Assembly (NCBI GenBank): GCA_045047115.1
Contig: JASFYR010000033.1
Coordinates: forward strand, 1-64,000
DNA: 64,000 bases
DNA from: Sulfurospirillum sp.
GTDB taxonomy: Bacteria > Campylobacterota > Campylobacteria > Campylobacterales > Sulfurospirillaceae
Direction: 5' to 3'
Below the pieces are notes generated by a model. The model was not told the origin of the DNA. It worked only from the letters and a program-made list of their open reading frames with translations, and made no database searches. A program made the translations under genes and the position numbers. Below, piece by piece: positions 49,181 through 61,503 of the stretch (within the stretch, counting starts at the first letter, position 1; every line of letters begins with the position of its first letter).

Positions 49181-50306
49181 CGCGATGGTTAAAAAAGAGA
49201 CTCTTTTGATCATGAGGGACAAGAGAGCACTAGCGATGCTTTTTATAATGCCAGCTATCTTTATACTGATAATTTCAGTTGCCATGAGAGATATTTTTTC
49301 TCTTAGCAGTGTCAGTTTCAAGATATATATTAATAATCTTGACAATACAAAAATTACAAAAGAGTTGATGGCCAATATAGCTAAAAACAGAAGTTTTAAG
49401 CAAGTAGATAAAGCAAAAGCACAAATCATAATGACCATACCGAAAAACTATTCACAAAAGAGTAAAAAACTGGATATCGACATAAAAGAGTCTTTAAAGA
49501 GTGATGAGATAGAACTCTTTGAGGCAAAACTCTTAAAAGAGATAACAAGATTGAAACTCAAAATTATACAAGCCAAACTGATGGAATTTTCAGATGAGGC
49601 AGGAGCTGCCATAAGCACTGTCAGCCTTGATACAAAAAAACTTTTTAATCTTAAATATAACCAAAAAAAAGATATACCAAACTCCACACAACAAAGTGTA
49701 CCCTCGTGGATAGTTTTTGGTATGTTTTTTATGATAACCCCTATATCGACAGTATTCATAAATGAGAGAAAACAAAACACCCTATCTCGTTTAAGCTCCA
49801 TGAATGTTTCTGTTTTTCAGATGGTGATCTCCAAGATAGTGCCATATCTGTTTGTGGCTCAGATGCAAGCTTGGATTATGATTGGTGTGGGTATCTATAT
49901 GGTACCAATCTTTAATACACCGGCTCTTTCTCTGAATGGTTCTGTTTTTGCACTTGTTTTCTTGTCCTTTTCGCTAAGTCTTTCAGCCGTTGGACTGGCT
50001 ATGCTTATAGCGGTGAATGCAAAAACAACCGAACAGGCATCTACAACAGGAGGAATACTCACTATTTTATTAGGAGCTGTAGGTGGAGTGATGGTGCCAA
50101 AATTTATAATGCCCCAAATTATGCAGGAACTCGCTAATATATCACCAATGTCTTGGGGATTGGATGGTTTTTTAGATATTTTTTTAAAAGGAGGTGGCAT
50201 CGAAGATGTACTAAATGAGTCTTTGATGTTGATACTTTTTGGAGTTACAGCTTTAGGAATTTCAGTATTTATGCTTCGGGTAAAAATGCAAAGAGGATTT
50301 AATTAA
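49170..50306 (+). CDS. ABC-2 type exporter permease
   Basis: KETLLIMRD, QQSVPSW and GGVMVP..MP..MQ..A..SP motifs. Confidence 0.9.
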   Translation: MMFSAMVKKETLLIMRDKRALAMLFIMPAIFILIISVAMRDIFSLSSVSFKIYINNLDNTKITKELMANIAKNRSFKQVDKAKAQIIMTIPKNYSQKSKKLDIDIKESLKSDEIELFEAKLLKEITRLKLKIIQAKLMEFSDEAGAAISTVSLDTKKLFNLKYNQKKDIPNSTQQSVPSWIVFGMFFMITPISTVFINERKQNTLSRLSSMNVSVFQMVISKIVPYLFVAQMQAWIMIGVGIYMVPIFNTPALSLNGSVFALVFLSFSLSLSAVGLAMLIAVNAKTTEQASTTGGILTILLGAVGGVMVPKFIMPQIMQELANISPMSWGLDGFLDIFLKGGGIEDVLNESLMLILFGVTALGISVFMLRVKMQRGFN

Positions 50307-50381
50307 GTGCCCGAGCCATATATGCTCTTAAACTATTTTATGATAAAATAATTCAATTTAATGTGTATAAAGGAATGAAAT

Positions 50382-51377
50382 ATGGCTTTAAAGATAGCTA
50401 TTAATGGATTTGGAAGAATTGGACGCAGTGTTGCTAGAATAATAAGCTCAAGAGATGATGTAGAGCTTGTTTGTGTAAATGATACTGCTTCACGAGATAT
50501 GACCAGACAACTTTTTAAATATGACAGTGTTCATGGTGTATTTGAGGATGTTGTAGAGATTTTAGAAAATGATTATATGCAGATGGGCAATTCAAAAGTA
50601 AAAATGTTTTTAACCAGAGATCCTCAAGAGCTCAACTTTGCTGATTATGGAGTAGATGTTGTGTTGGAGTGTACAGGTGCATTTTTAACAAAGGACAAGG
50701 CTCAAGTTTTTGTGGATAATGGTGTGAAAAAAGTCATAATGTCAGCTCCTGCAAAAGATGATACACCTACATTTGTAATCGGTGTAAATGAAGACAAATA
50801 TACAGGGCAATCTATAATCTCAAATGCAAGTTGTACTACAAACTGCCTGGGACCTGTAGCTAAGATTTTAGACGATGCATTTGGTATAGACAAAGGCTTG
50901 ATGACTACAGTTCACTCATACACCAACGGACAGAGTCTGATAGATTCAAAAGGCAGAGATCCCAGGCGTGCTCGTGCGGCTGCAGTAAATATCATACCCA
51001 CTACAACAGGTGCTGCAAAGGCTATCGGTTTGGTTTTGCCTCAACTTCAAGGCAGACTCCACGGTCAAAGTGTAAGAGTCCCTACCCCAAATGTCTCCAT
51101 GGTTGATTTGAATGTTTTGGTAAAAAAAGATACAAGCATAGAGGAGATAAATGCACTTTTCAAGGATAAATCAGAGGGTGAATTGAAAGGGATACTCGGT
51201 TTTGATACAGACAAGAGGGTTTCTCAAGACTTTCAAGGCTCACCGTATAGCTCATTTGTTGCAGCTGATTTAACTCAGGTGATATGTGGCAATATGGTAA
51301 AAGTAATGTCTTGGTATGACAATGAGTGGGGCTACTCTTCAAGACTGATAGATATGGCTCTGCATGTAAGCAAATAA
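50382..51377 (+). CDS. gap: Glyceraldehyde-3-phosphate dehydrogenase
   Basis: [17 protein letters not shown] and WYDNEWGYS. Confidence 0.99.
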   Translation: MALKIAINGFGRIGRSVARIISSRDDVELVCVNDTASRDMTRQLFKYDSVHGVFEDVVEILENDYMQMGNSKVKMFLTRDPQELNFADYGVDVVLECTGAFLTKDKAQVFVDNGVKKVIMSAPAKDDTPTFVIGVNEDKYTGQSIISNASCTTNCLGPVAKILDDAFGIDKGLMTTVHSYTNGQSLIDSKGRDPRRARAAAVNIIPTTTGAAKAIGLVLPQLQGRLHGQSVRVPTPNVSMVDLNVLVKKDTSIEEINALFKDKSEGELKGILGFDTDKRVSQDFQGSPYSSFVAADLTQVICGNMVKVMSWYDNEWGYSSRLIDMALHVSK

Positions 51378-51387
51378 GGAAAATAAG

Positions 51388-52583
51388 ATGGTACGATCAG
51401 TCCGCGATATGGACATAGAGGGCAAAAAAGTTTTTATAAGATGTGATTTCAATGTTCCTTTGGATGATTTTTTAAATATTACTGATGATAGAAGGATAAA
51501 ATCGGCGGTTCCAACCATAAAATACTGTCTCGATCGCAATTGTGCAGTTATACTTGCGAGTCATTTGGGCAGACCGGGTGGCGCAGTCGATACAAAATTA
51601 TCTTTGGCTCCTGTGCAAAAACGGCTCTCAAGGTTACTCGTTCCGAGTGTTAAGTTTTCGAGTGATGTTGTTGGTGCTGATACTAAGCAAAAAGTTGAAA
51701 ATCTGCAATGCGGAGAAGTTTTACTGTTAGAAAATCTAAGGTTTGAAAAAGGTGAGACGAAGAATGATGATGTATTTGCCAAGAAACTAGCTGATTTGGC
51801 AGATTTTTATGTTAATGATGCTTTTGGAGTTTGCCATAGAGCTCATGCCTCTGTTGAGGCAATCACAAATTTTTTTGATGAGGATCACAGTGCAGCAGGA
51901 TTTTTGCTTCAAAAAGAGATAAATTTCTCAAAACAACTTCTTAAAAACCCCTCTCGTCCTTTTGCGGCAGTTGTAGGAGGCAGCAAAGTAAGTGGAAAGC
52001 TTCAGGCTCTCAAAAATCTTCTACCACGCGTTGACAAATTGCTTATCGGTGGCGGTATGGCATTTACATTCTTAAAAGCGCAAGGTATCGAGATAGGAAA
52101 CTCTTTGGTTGAAGAGGATTTGGTTGAAGAGGCAACTTTTGTTATAGCAAAAGCAAAAGAGCTCGGTGTCAAATTTTATCTTCCTGTTGATGTTGTCGCT
52201 GCTCAAACCTGTTCACAAGATTCAACTATGAAATTTGTAACATCTCAAGAGATACCAAAAGGCTGGATGGGACTAGATATAGGGCCGGCAACCACGAGAC
52301 TCTTTAAAGAGGCTTTAAATGACGCTCAAACCATACTTTGGAATGGTCCTATGGGTGTGTTTGAGATACCTAAATTCTCAAGAGGAAGCGTGCAGATATC
52401 CCATACTATAGCAGAAGCACATGCAACTACAGTAGTCGGTGGTGGTGATACTGCTGATGTTGTAGGAAGGAGTGGTGATGCTGATGATATGGCATTTATA
52501 TCAACCGGCGGAGGAGCAAGCTTGGAGCTTATAGAGGGTAAAGAGCTTCCGGGAGTGAAACCACTATATAATAAGGATGAAGA

Positions 52584-52587
<4 letters not shown>
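51388..52587 (+). CDS. pgk: Phosphoglycerate kinase
   Basis: DFNVP, SHLGRP, LLENLRF, WNGPMG and STGGGA. Confidence 0.99.
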
Positions 52588-54114
<1,527 letters not shown>

Positions 54115-54115
54115 G

Positions 54116-55075
54116 ATGATAAAAATAGCACTGCAAAAAGTTTTTTATGTAGTGTTTATGCTTCTTATTATATCTATCATATCTTTTGGAGCCATACATT
54201 TGGCTCCAAACTCTTTCTTTGCAAGTGGCGAATTAAATCCAAATATAACTCCGGAATCATTAGAGCAACTCAAGAAAGTTTATGGTTTAGACAAATCACT
54301 TTTTATGCAGTTTGTATCTTGGTTAAATGCACTTGTTCATCTTGATTTTGGCATATCCTTTGCCAGCGGAAAGATGGTCAAGGATGAGATTTTATCCCGT
54401 TTGTCCATAACGCTGATTATAAATGTAGTAAGTATGATATTTGTCTTTTTAATCTCCGTATATCTGGGTATAAAGTCAGCTTTTAAACAAAACAGTACTT
54501 ATGATAAAATGACGAAAAATTTCTCGCTTGTCAGTTATGCGATGCCCTCATTTTATCTTGCTTTGATTTTAGTTATGCTCTTTGCTGTAAAGTGGAAATT
54601 ATTTCCGATATCAGGACTTCATTCTCCAATGAAACTAGAGGGTTTTAACTATATTTTGGACGAGGCATGGCATCTTGTTTTACCTGTATTTGTTATGGTG
54701 TTTGGAGGAGTCGGTAGCTTGGTTATGTATATAAGAAGTTTGAGTCTAAATATACTAAAAAGTGACTATATCTTTTTTGCAAAAGCCAGAGGGGTTGGGA
54801 AAAAAGAGCTTTTTTGGAGGTACCTGCTTCCAAATCTCTCGCCCCCTGTTATAACAATTTTGGGACTTTCTCTACCGGGACTTATAGGTGGAAGCGTTAT
54901 TTTAGAGTCTATCTTTTCTATAAACGGTATGGGCCTGCTTTTTTACCAAAGTGCATTAAGTAGAGATTATCCGGTGATCATGGGTATCTTGATAATTTCT
55001 GCTTTCTTGACACTCTTGGGTAATATAGTGGCAGATTTAGTACTTTTGAGATTAAACCCATTTTCAAAAAAATAG
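54116..55075 (+). CDS. DppB/OppB-type ABC permease (orphan here)
   Basis: LDFGISF, AKARG (EAA-like loop) and RDYPVIMG; start ATG 54116. Confidence 0.9.
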   Translation: MIKIALQKVFYVVFMLLIISIISFGAIHLAPNSFFASGELNPNITPESLEQLKKVYGLDKSLFMQFVSWLNALVHLDFGISFASGKMVKDEILSRLSITLIINVVSMIFVFLISVYLGIKSAFKQNSTYDKMTKNFSLVSYAMPSFYLALILVMLFAVKWKLFPISGLHSPMKLEGFNYILDEAWHLVLPVFVMVFGGVGSLVMYIRSLSLNILKSDYIFFAKARGVGKKELFWRYLLPNLSPPVITILGLSLPGLIGGSVILESIFSINGMGLLFYQSALSRDYPVIMGILIISAFLTLLGNIVADLVLLRLNPFSKK

Positions 55076-55084
55076 GAGTATAAA

Positions 55085-55234
55085 ATGAGATATATATCGT
55101 TAATAATCATGATAATTTTCTTTGCCGGGTGTGCTACTTGGAATGGCATAAAACAAGACACAAAAACTGGTGCAAAATGGACAAAAGAGAAAGTTCATGA
55201 AAGTGCTGAGTATATAGAGAAAAAGACTCAGTAA
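55085..55234 (+). CDS. Small lipoprotein, entericidin-like (not in ORF track)
   Basis: AGGAG RBS; MRYISLIIMIIFFAG-CATWNGIKQDTKTGAKWTKEKVHESAEYIEKKTQ with lipobox FAGC. Confidence 0.8.
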   Translation: MRYISLIIMIIFFAGCATWNGIKQDTKTGAKWTKEKVHESAEYIEKKTQ

Positions 55235-55257
55235 GCTCTACATGCAGAGCTTACTGA
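55228..55257. terminator. Bidirectional terminator-like hairpin between the lipoprotein gene and nusA
   Basis: TCAGTAAGCTCT-6 nt-AGAGCTTACTGA. Confidence 0.7.
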
Positions 55258-55268
55258 ATATTGTATTG

Positions 55269-56375
55269 TTAACTTTCAAATAAATTTTTAAGTGCATTTG
55301 GATCTTTTCTTTCACCGGTAGCCAAATCACTTGTGCCATCAAGTTCTATCAGCTCTATTTCATAGCCGGTGAGCATAGAAGTTAATCTTATGTTTATACC
55401 GCTTTTTCCTATCGCTTTTGATTTTTGATCAGCCAAAAGTGTTACTACTGCTTTGTTTTCACCTACAATTTTTACATTTGAGATGATAGCTGGACTAAGT
55501 GCTCTTGAGATGAAAATTTCGGGGATTGTCGAGTACTCTATACAGTCAATATTTTCGCCGTGAAGTTCTTTGCTTATGGCATTTATTCTTACGCCTTTTG
55601 TGCCAACGGTTGCGCCTACAGCATCGATATTTGGATGTAGTGAAGTAAGAGCTACTTTTGCTCTCTCTCCGGGAATTCTTGCTGATGCATTTATCTCTAT
55701 CATTTCATCTTTGATTTCAGGGACTTCGAGTGCAAGGAGTGCTTCTAAAAACTTTGGACTTGTTCTTGAAAGTTCTACCACAATACCTTGAATTTTATCT
55801 ATATATACTTTTCTGATTACACTTTTGACAACATCTCCGACTTTGAATTTTTCACCTTTGATTCTACTTCTTCTTGGAAGAATTGCACGAACTTCGTTTA
55901 CTTCTATATAGGTGTTTTCTTCGTGATCTACTCTCACAACTGAGCCAAAAACTCTATGACCTACCATGTTTTTGTATCTATCGAAGATTTTTGATTCCAA
56001 TAGTCTTTGAATATGAAATTCCAACTCTCTTTGGAGGGTTGCAGCAGCAGTTCTGCCTAGATTGTCAAGCGGTAATTCATATGTCAATTCATCACCAATC
56101 TCTATCTCGCTATCAACCTCTTTTGCTTTACTTAGTGAGATATAGTTCTCATTTTCTTCGCTTAAATTTTCATCATCATCTTTTAAAACTATTACTTTCT
56201 GATAGAGTTTCAGGGTTTTTGTTTCAGGGTTTATCTCTGCTCCATACTCATACTCTCTACCATATATTTTTTTTGCAGTATTTACAAGAGCGGTTACTAC
56301 AGTCTCTTTTACCTCTTCTATGCCCAAACCCTTTTCGTTTGCGATGGACTCGATGATATTTAGTATCTTACTCAA
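55269..56375 (-). CDS. nusA: Transcription termination factor NusA
   Basis: LEVPEI, ARIPGERAKVA and AIGKSGINIRL. Confidence 0.97.
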   Translation of the reverse strand: MSKILNIIESIANEKGLGIEEVKETVVTALVNTAKKIYGREYEYGAEINPETKTLKLYQKVIVLKDDDENLSEENENYISLSKAKEVDSEIEIGDELTYELPLDNLGRTAAATLQRELEFHIQRLLESKIFDRYKNMVGHRVFGSVVRVDHEENTYIEVNEVRAILPRRSRIKGEKFKVGDVVKSVIRKVYIDKIQGIVVELSRTSPKFLEALLALEVPEIKDEMIEINASARIPGERAKVALTSLHPNIDAVGATVGTKGVRINAISKELHGENIDCIEYSTIPEIFISRALSPAIISNVKIVGENKAVVTLLADQKSKAIGKSGINIRLTSMLTGYEIELIELDGTSDLATGERKDPNALKNLFES

Positions 56376-56678
56376 TTTTTACCTCTTTTTTAGACATTTT
56401 TCTCTGTCTATATATTTTTCGCAACATAAGAACATCAAATTCTGGAGTTTTAAATTATTGCGAGTTTTCGAAGATTACAATTATATCTAAAAAGTTTTTT
56501 TTATTCAAGCAAAATAATTGCAACAGAGTATATGGAGCAGTTAATGAGTAATTTATACTAATAAAGATATAATCCTATGTTTTCTATGTCTTCATTTGTC
56601 AGTTGATAATTTGGCAGATTTAGAGATACAAACTGACTTTGTCAGTTGTAATTTTGTGTAGTAAAGAAGGTAAGATAA

Positions 56679-56921
56679 ATGGAACTTAAATTAGCAAGAA
56701 AAGAGCTTGGTGCGAAGCCAAAAGTGATAAAATTAGAAAAATTAGAAGAGATTATAAAAAAAGACGGTCAAAAAATATTTTATTTTGACAAGGAAAATTC
56801 ACACAAAGATTTGGTTGCTTTGGTTGAATATTTTGAGAATAAAGACTTAAGCGTCTATCTTAGAGAGGTTAAGTACGGTTTAGGGGACGATGACTATATG
56901 TATGAAATTCACATACTCTAA
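56679..56921 (+). CDS. HP0268 family small nuclease
   Basis: MELKLAR, YFDKENSHKD and YMYEIH; upstream of miaB as in other Campylobacterota. Confidence 0.85.
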   Translation: MELKLARKELGAKPKVIKLEKLEEIIKKDGQKIFYFDKENSHKDLVALVEYFENKDLSVYLREVKYGLGDDDYMYEIHIL

Positions 56922-56930
56922 GGTGTAGAG

Positions 56931-58235
56931 TTGTCTAAAAAATTATATATAGAGACTTTGGGATGCGCTATGAATGTTCGTGATAGTGAGCATATTATAG
57001 CCCAGCTGCAAGAGGGAGAGGATTATCAATTGATTGACGATGCAACTCTTGCAGATCTTATACTTATAAACACTTGCAGTGTCAGAGAAAAGCCTGTCAG
57101 TAAACTCTTTTCTGAGATTGGTGTTTTTAATAAAAAGAAAAAAGCCGGAGCACGGATTGGTGTGTGTGGCTGTACAGCCAGCCATTTAGGTGAAGAGATA
57201 TTTAAAAGAGCTCCCGAAGTAAACTTTGTTTTAGGTGCAAGAAATGTATCTAAGATTAATGAGGCCGTGAAGAGAGATAAATATATCAGTGTTGATATAG
57301 ACCATGACGAAAGCAGTTTTGCATTTGGAGAGTTTAGAAATTCCAAGTATAAAGCATTTGTAAATATCTCGATTGGATGTGATAAAAAATGTACATATTG
57401 TATAGTCCCAAATACCAGAGGAGAAGAGATATCTATACCGGCTGAATTGATCGTAAAAGAAGCAAAAAAAGCGGCTCAAAATGGTGCAAAAGAGATATTT
57501 TTACTTGGTCAAAATGTAAATAATTATGGTAGAAGATTTAGTGATTCAAGCTATAAAAAAATAGATTTTAGTGATTTATTGGAGATGATAAGCGAAATAG
57601 AAGAGGTGAGGCGGATTCGTTTCACTTCTCCCCATCCTTTGCATATGGATGATAAATTTTTAAATATCTTTGCAACAAATCCTAAGATTTGCAACTCTAT
57701 GCATATGCCACTGCAGAGTGGTTCAAGCCGGGTTTTAGAGATGATGAAAAGAGGCTATACGAAAGAGTGGTTTTTAAACAGAGCTCTCAAATTGCGTGAT
57801 ATGGTGCCCGAGGCTTCAATCAGTACAGATATAATTGTCGGATTTCCAGGTGAAAGCGATGAGGATTTTGAAGATACTTTGGATGTTGTTAGAAAAGTCA
57901 AATTTGAGCAGATATTTTCTTTTAAGTACTCACCCAGACCTTTGACAAAAGCTGCTGAGTTTACAAATCAGGTAGATTCTCAAATTGCTTCGCAAAGACT
58001 CCAGAGACTCCAGGACTTGCAACAAGATATACTGGATGAGATTTCAAAAAAGCATTTGAATAAAACATCTGAAGTCTATTTTGAAGAGAAGAGAGAAAAT
58101 GGTATGCTAGCAGGCAGGAGTGACAACAACGCTCTTGTGCAGGTAGAGGGGAAAGATGAGTGGCTAGGCACCGTAAAAAGGGTAAAAATCACAAATCCAA
58201 AGCGATTGTCACTCTATGGCGAAGTTGTTAACTAA
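56931..58235 (+). CDS. miaB: tRNA-2-methylthio-N6-dimethylallyladenosine synthase
   Basis: TLGCAMN, NTCSVRE, CxxxCxxC (GCDKKCTYC), FTSPHP and a TRAM domain. Confidence 0.96.
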   Translation: MSKKLYIETLGCAMNVRDSEHIIAQLQEGEDYQLIDDATLADLILINTCSVREKPVSKLFSEIGVFNKKKKAGARIGVCGCTASHLGEEIFKRAPEVNFVLGARNVSKINEAVKRDKYISVDIDHDESSFAFGEFRNSKYKAFVNISIGCDKKCTYCIVPNTRGEEISIPAELIVKEAKKAAQNGAKEIFLLGQNVNNYGRRFSDSSYKKIDFSDLLEMISEIEEVRRIRFTSPHPLHMDDKFLNIFATNPKICNSMHMPLQSGSSRVLEMMKRGYTKEWFLNRALKLRDMVPEASISTDIIVGFPGESDEDFEDTLDVVRKVKFEQIFSFKYSPRPLTKAAEFTNQVDSQIASQRLQRLQDLQQDILDEISKKHLNKTSEVYFEEKRENGMLAGRSDNNALVQVEGKDEWLGTVKRVKITNPKRLSLYGEVVN

Positions 58236-58857
58236 GGATTTTAAAAAGGCGATTTTGCAAAAAATAGCGCCCAAAATTATATATCTTATAGCCAATATTT
58301 TGTATCTGACTTGCAAAAAAAAGTTTCATACAAAAATAGCGCCAAAAGACCTTAATAAGCCAACTGTTATCGCATTTTGGCATGGTGAACTCTTATCTGT
58401 ATTAAAGGGTTATCTGTTTTTTGTGGGCAATCCAAATATAGACTCCATAGTCAGTGAGCACAGTGATGGAGAGATAATAGCCAAAACAGTATCTCTTTTT
58501 GGAGGTGGTACAATTAGGGGTAGTTCGACAAGAGGTGGTATTAAGGTTTTGAAGCAGTCGTTTAAAGCTCTTCAAAAAGGTAGAAATATAGCCATTACAC
58601 CTGATGGACCAAAAGGACCCAGGCATAGTGTAGCAGACGGAATTGTATTGATTTCGCAGAAGAAAATGGTTCCGATAGTTACATTTAATTGCAAGCCGAC
58701 ATCGTATTGGCAGTTTAAGAGTTGGGACAGATTTATTATCCCAAAGCCGTTTAGTACACTCGATTTTTATATAGGAGAGCCGTTTTTGTTGGATGGTCTG
58801 TCTTTGCAAGAGTCTAAAAAGCTGATAAAAGAGAGGTTAAAGGAAAATGCTGTCTAA
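58216..58857 (+). CDS. DUF374 lysophospholipid acyltransferase (LpxJ-like lipid A acyltransferase)
   Basis: [26 protein letters not shown] and [11 protein letters not shown]. Confidence 0.85.
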   Translation: MAKLLTKDFKKAILQKIAPKIIYLIANILYLTCKKKFHTKIAPKDLNKPTVIAFWHGELLSVLKGYLFFVGNPNIDSIVSEHSDGEIIAKTVSLFGGGTIRGSSTRGGIKVLKQSFKALQKGRNIAITPDGPKGPRHSVADGIVLISQKKMVPIVTFNCKPTSYWQFKSWDRFIIPKPFSTLDFYIGEPFLLDGLSLQESKKLIKERLKENAV

Positions 58858-59299
58858 AATTGTTCTTGTTGTTATAAGTATTTTGTTTTTGCTTTTTAGT
58901 GGTTTTTATTTTCTGAATGATTCTTCGTATCAAGATTCTTTTGAGGCAAGATTTTATTATCTTATAGGAAACTATGAAAAGGCATATGATTTTGCAAAAA
59001 AATCTTATGATAAAGACCCTTATAACAAGATGGCTTTTACGGTATTGACACAAAGCAAAATTGCCACAGAGTATGTAAAATATATAAAAACAGGCAATGA
59101 GTATTTTAATAAAATAGATAAAATAAGTTCAAAAAAAGAGTATAGTGACGCAGATAAAGTTCGTGTAAAATTGATGTGCGAAATAATGCTCGGGGACTAT
59201 AAAAAACTTGTTCCTACAAAACTTACAAACAGTGATTTGATAAAAGATGCAAAAAAATTGGATGATAAGTTTAAACAACTTTATAAGGAACTGTTTTAG
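58847..59299 (+). CDS. Hypothetical membrane-anchored TPR-like protein
   Basis: N-terminal TM helix; GNYEKAY...DPYNKMA helical repeat. Confidence 0.7.
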   Translation: MLSKIVLVVISILFLLFSGFYFLNDSSYQDSFEARFYYLIGNYEKAYDFAKKSYDKDPYNKMAFTVLTQSKIATEYVKYIKTGNEYFNKIDKISSKKEYSDADKVRVKLMCEIMLGDYKKLVPTKLTNSDLIKDAKKLDDKFKQLYKELF

Positions 59300-59300
59300 T

Positions 59301-59318
59301 TTGGAACTGCTTTTGCTT
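59301..59318 (+). promoter_or_regulatory. sigma54 (RpoN) -24/-12 promoter
   Basis: TTGGAAC-TGCTT-TTGCTT; GG-N10-GC with the epsilon-type TGGAAC, about 80 nt upstream of the PilM-like gene. Confidence 0.75.
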
Positions 59319-59398
59319 AGTATTTATGGTTGTTAGAGGTACTCTTAAGCAAATGTTGCCTAAAATATAAAAAATAAAAATATATAAAGAAAAGGTAT

Positions 59399-60457
59399 AT
59401 GGGTTTTTCAAACAAAATACAAAAATATTTCACAAATCTTTTTATATCAATTATAGAAGAAGACGGATCTTATAAAGTGTTTTCAAGAGTTGTGAAAAAT
59501 GGCAATGTAAAAGATAGATTTGATAAAACTTTTGAGATAAAATCCAATGATGAAAAATTGTCAAAAGAGATGGAAGATTATATTGTTTCACTGCAAGACA
59601 AATACAACTATGTATATATAACAGTTCTTTTAAACTCCATGGGGCAAGGAGCCATAAAGGGAACAAGTGATGAAGATTTTGAAAAAGCAAGTGTTGATTC
59701 TAAAAGTGTCAAGACGATAAAATTTAAAACATGGTCTGCTTATGTCTCTTTTATTGATATAAGCTGGGTACAAAAGATATATTCGAATATAGGGGTGGAT
59801 CTTATATATTCTCCATTTGTTGTTTTATATAATTTGTTATCGAATTATAAGCTCAGAAACAATCCGACTCTGTATATATTGAATCAGGAAGGGTCGGTTA
59901 CAATAGGGATTTTTAAGGGAGCTACTCTGTTGTTTGGCGCTTTTTATAAGATAAATAAAGATGATATTTTAGCCAATAGTATAGATGTTGACGACTGGGA
60001 AAGCGAAGAGGAGGAGAGTAGTGTTGAAGATTTGGCATCTTTAGATAATTCCAAGGATGAAGAGGAAGAGTTTGCAAACTTGGATGATTTGAGTCAACTC
60101 GATATTCTGGATGGTTCCTTTGATGACGAAGAGTTTTCTGATATAAAAGAAGAGAGAGATGCAAAAGTCTTGCCCGATTCTCAAATGGAAGATATGAGCA
60201 TTGAAGATATAGAGCTTTACGGAAGAGATTTAGAGATATACAAATTTTTAAACAAGGCTCTTAGAGAGTATTATAAAAATGAGATTTATGAGAGTGATTT
60301 TCTAGAGCAGACAGTGATATTTGACACATATGATATGAGTCAGGAGATGATGGAGAGTATAGAAAACGATCTACTGCTGGACTTGCAAATGCATAAAGTT
60401 GATATCAGTGAGATTGTGTGCGACTTGAGTGTAAAAGAGATATATAATGAGTTATAG
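59399..60457 (+). CDS. PilM-like protein (putative flagellar cage component), with acidic insertion
   Basis: Synteny after miaB-lpxJ; DLIYSPF and YYKNEIYESDFLE motifs; precedes PilN/PilO-like genes. Confidence 0.6.
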   Translation: MGFSNKIQKYFTNLFISIIEEDGSYKVFSRVVKNGNVKDRFDKTFEIKSNDEKLSKEMEDYIVSLQDKYNYVYITVLLNSMGQGAIKGTSDEDFEKASVDSKSVKTIKFKTWSAYVSFIDISWVQKIYSNIGVDLIYSPFVVLYNLLSNYKLRNNPTLYILNQEGSVTIGIFKGATLLFGAFYKINKDDILANSIDVDDWESEEEESSVEDLASLDNSKDEEEEFANLDDLSQLDILDGSFDDEEFSDIKEERDAKVLPDSQMEDMSIEDIELYGRDLEIYKFLNKALREYYKNEIYESDFLEQTVIFDTYDMSQEMMESIENDLLLDLQMHKVDISEIVCDLSVKEIYNEL

Positions 60458-60968
60458 TTTTGTAACGCCAAGACCAAAACCTTTGCTGTCAGCATTTTCT
60501 AAAATATGGATAATTTTTATCTTTTTTGTCTCTATGCTTTTACTTTCATTTGGTATATTTTTACTCTTGAAGATAAATTTTTTTAGAAAAGATGCAAAAA
60601 CAATTATCGGTGAGAGGATAGCTCTGGAGCAACAAATTACTAAAAAAGATACATATATGGAATATCTTTTACGACAAAAATCATTGGGAGAAGAGATATA
60701 CACCAGGAATATTCTTCTAAAGGATAGTATGAAAAACCTATTTGATTTGGTCCCTGACAAGATAACTTTAAGTAGAGTTATAATTAAAAAAGATTCTTTG
60801 ATTATATATGGAAAAACCCCGACGAAAGATACTTTTAACTTTCTTTTATCGGCTCCTTTGAAATCTATATTTAGTAGTAGTAATACCATGTTTTATCTAA
60901 CTCAAAACGGATGGTATAATTTTGTAAGCACAAATAAAATAACAACAACGGATGGATTTAGTGAGTAG
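60447..60968 (+). CDS. PilN-like protein
   Basis: TM helix, coiled coil, then LFDLVPDKITL...LIIYG PilN-type domain. Confidence 0.7.
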   Translation: MSYSFVTPRPKPLLSAFSKIWIIFIFFVSMLLLSFGIFLLLKINFFRKDAKTIIGERIALEQQITKKDTYMEYLLRQKSLGEEIYTRNILLKDSMKNLFDLVPDKITLSRVIIKKDSLIIYGKTPTKDTFNFLLSAPLKSIFSSSNTMFYLTQNGWYNFVSTNKITTTDGFSE

Positions 60969-61503
60969 CACAGATAGAAGTCTCGAGAAGATAAATTATG
61001 TAAAGCTTTTGGTATTTTTGTTTGTATTTATTTTGATTACACTTGTGTTAATTACAACTCTTATTTTGCCAAATATAAAGGTATACAGGGTTGCCAAAGG
61101 AGATTATAATCAGGCCATGGTTCATAAAACCAAGGTGCAGGGAGTTTTAGATCGCAGAAACAAAGAGATGAAACAGTTGCTTCTGACAAATAGAAAAATC
61201 TTTGATTCTTTTGGACATAAGTTCTCACAAAAAGAGTTCATCTCTTTTGCAAATAAATTTTTTAACAAAGTTACACTCAAAGAGGTGAAGCAGAGTCAGC
61301 ATACAAATGAGTTTAAAGTTTATGAATTAAATGTAACCTCTTCTTTGAAAACGCCTGTAAAATTTTATAAATTTTTAGATGGATTAAATCATTACCAAAA
61401 TATAATTCAGGCCGATTTTCCTATAGATTTGAAATCAAATGGAGATTTAATCTACTCATCATTTAAAATCAAAGTATATGGACTAATTCCGAGACAGAAA
61501 TAG
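60952..61503 (+). CDS. PilO-like protein
   Basis: TM helix, coiled coil, FYKFLDGL...II ferredoxin-like PilO pattern. Confidence 0.62.
   Translation: MDLVSSTDRSLEKINYVKLLVFLFVFILITLVLITTLILPNIKVYRVAKGDYNQAMVHKTKVQGVLDRRNKEMKQLLLTNRKIFDSFGHKFSQKEFISFANKFFNKVTLKEVKQSQHTNEFKVYELNVTSSLKTPVKFYKFLDGLNHYQNIIQADFPIDLKSNGDLIYSSFKIKVYGLIPRQK

Noticed and set aside
42343..50380. Integrative island at tRNA-Arg carrying sulP and the dar cluster
   Set aside because: No integrase and no direct repeat of the tRNA 3' end found. Only an 8-bp inverted ACACCACC match near 43891, consistent with chance.
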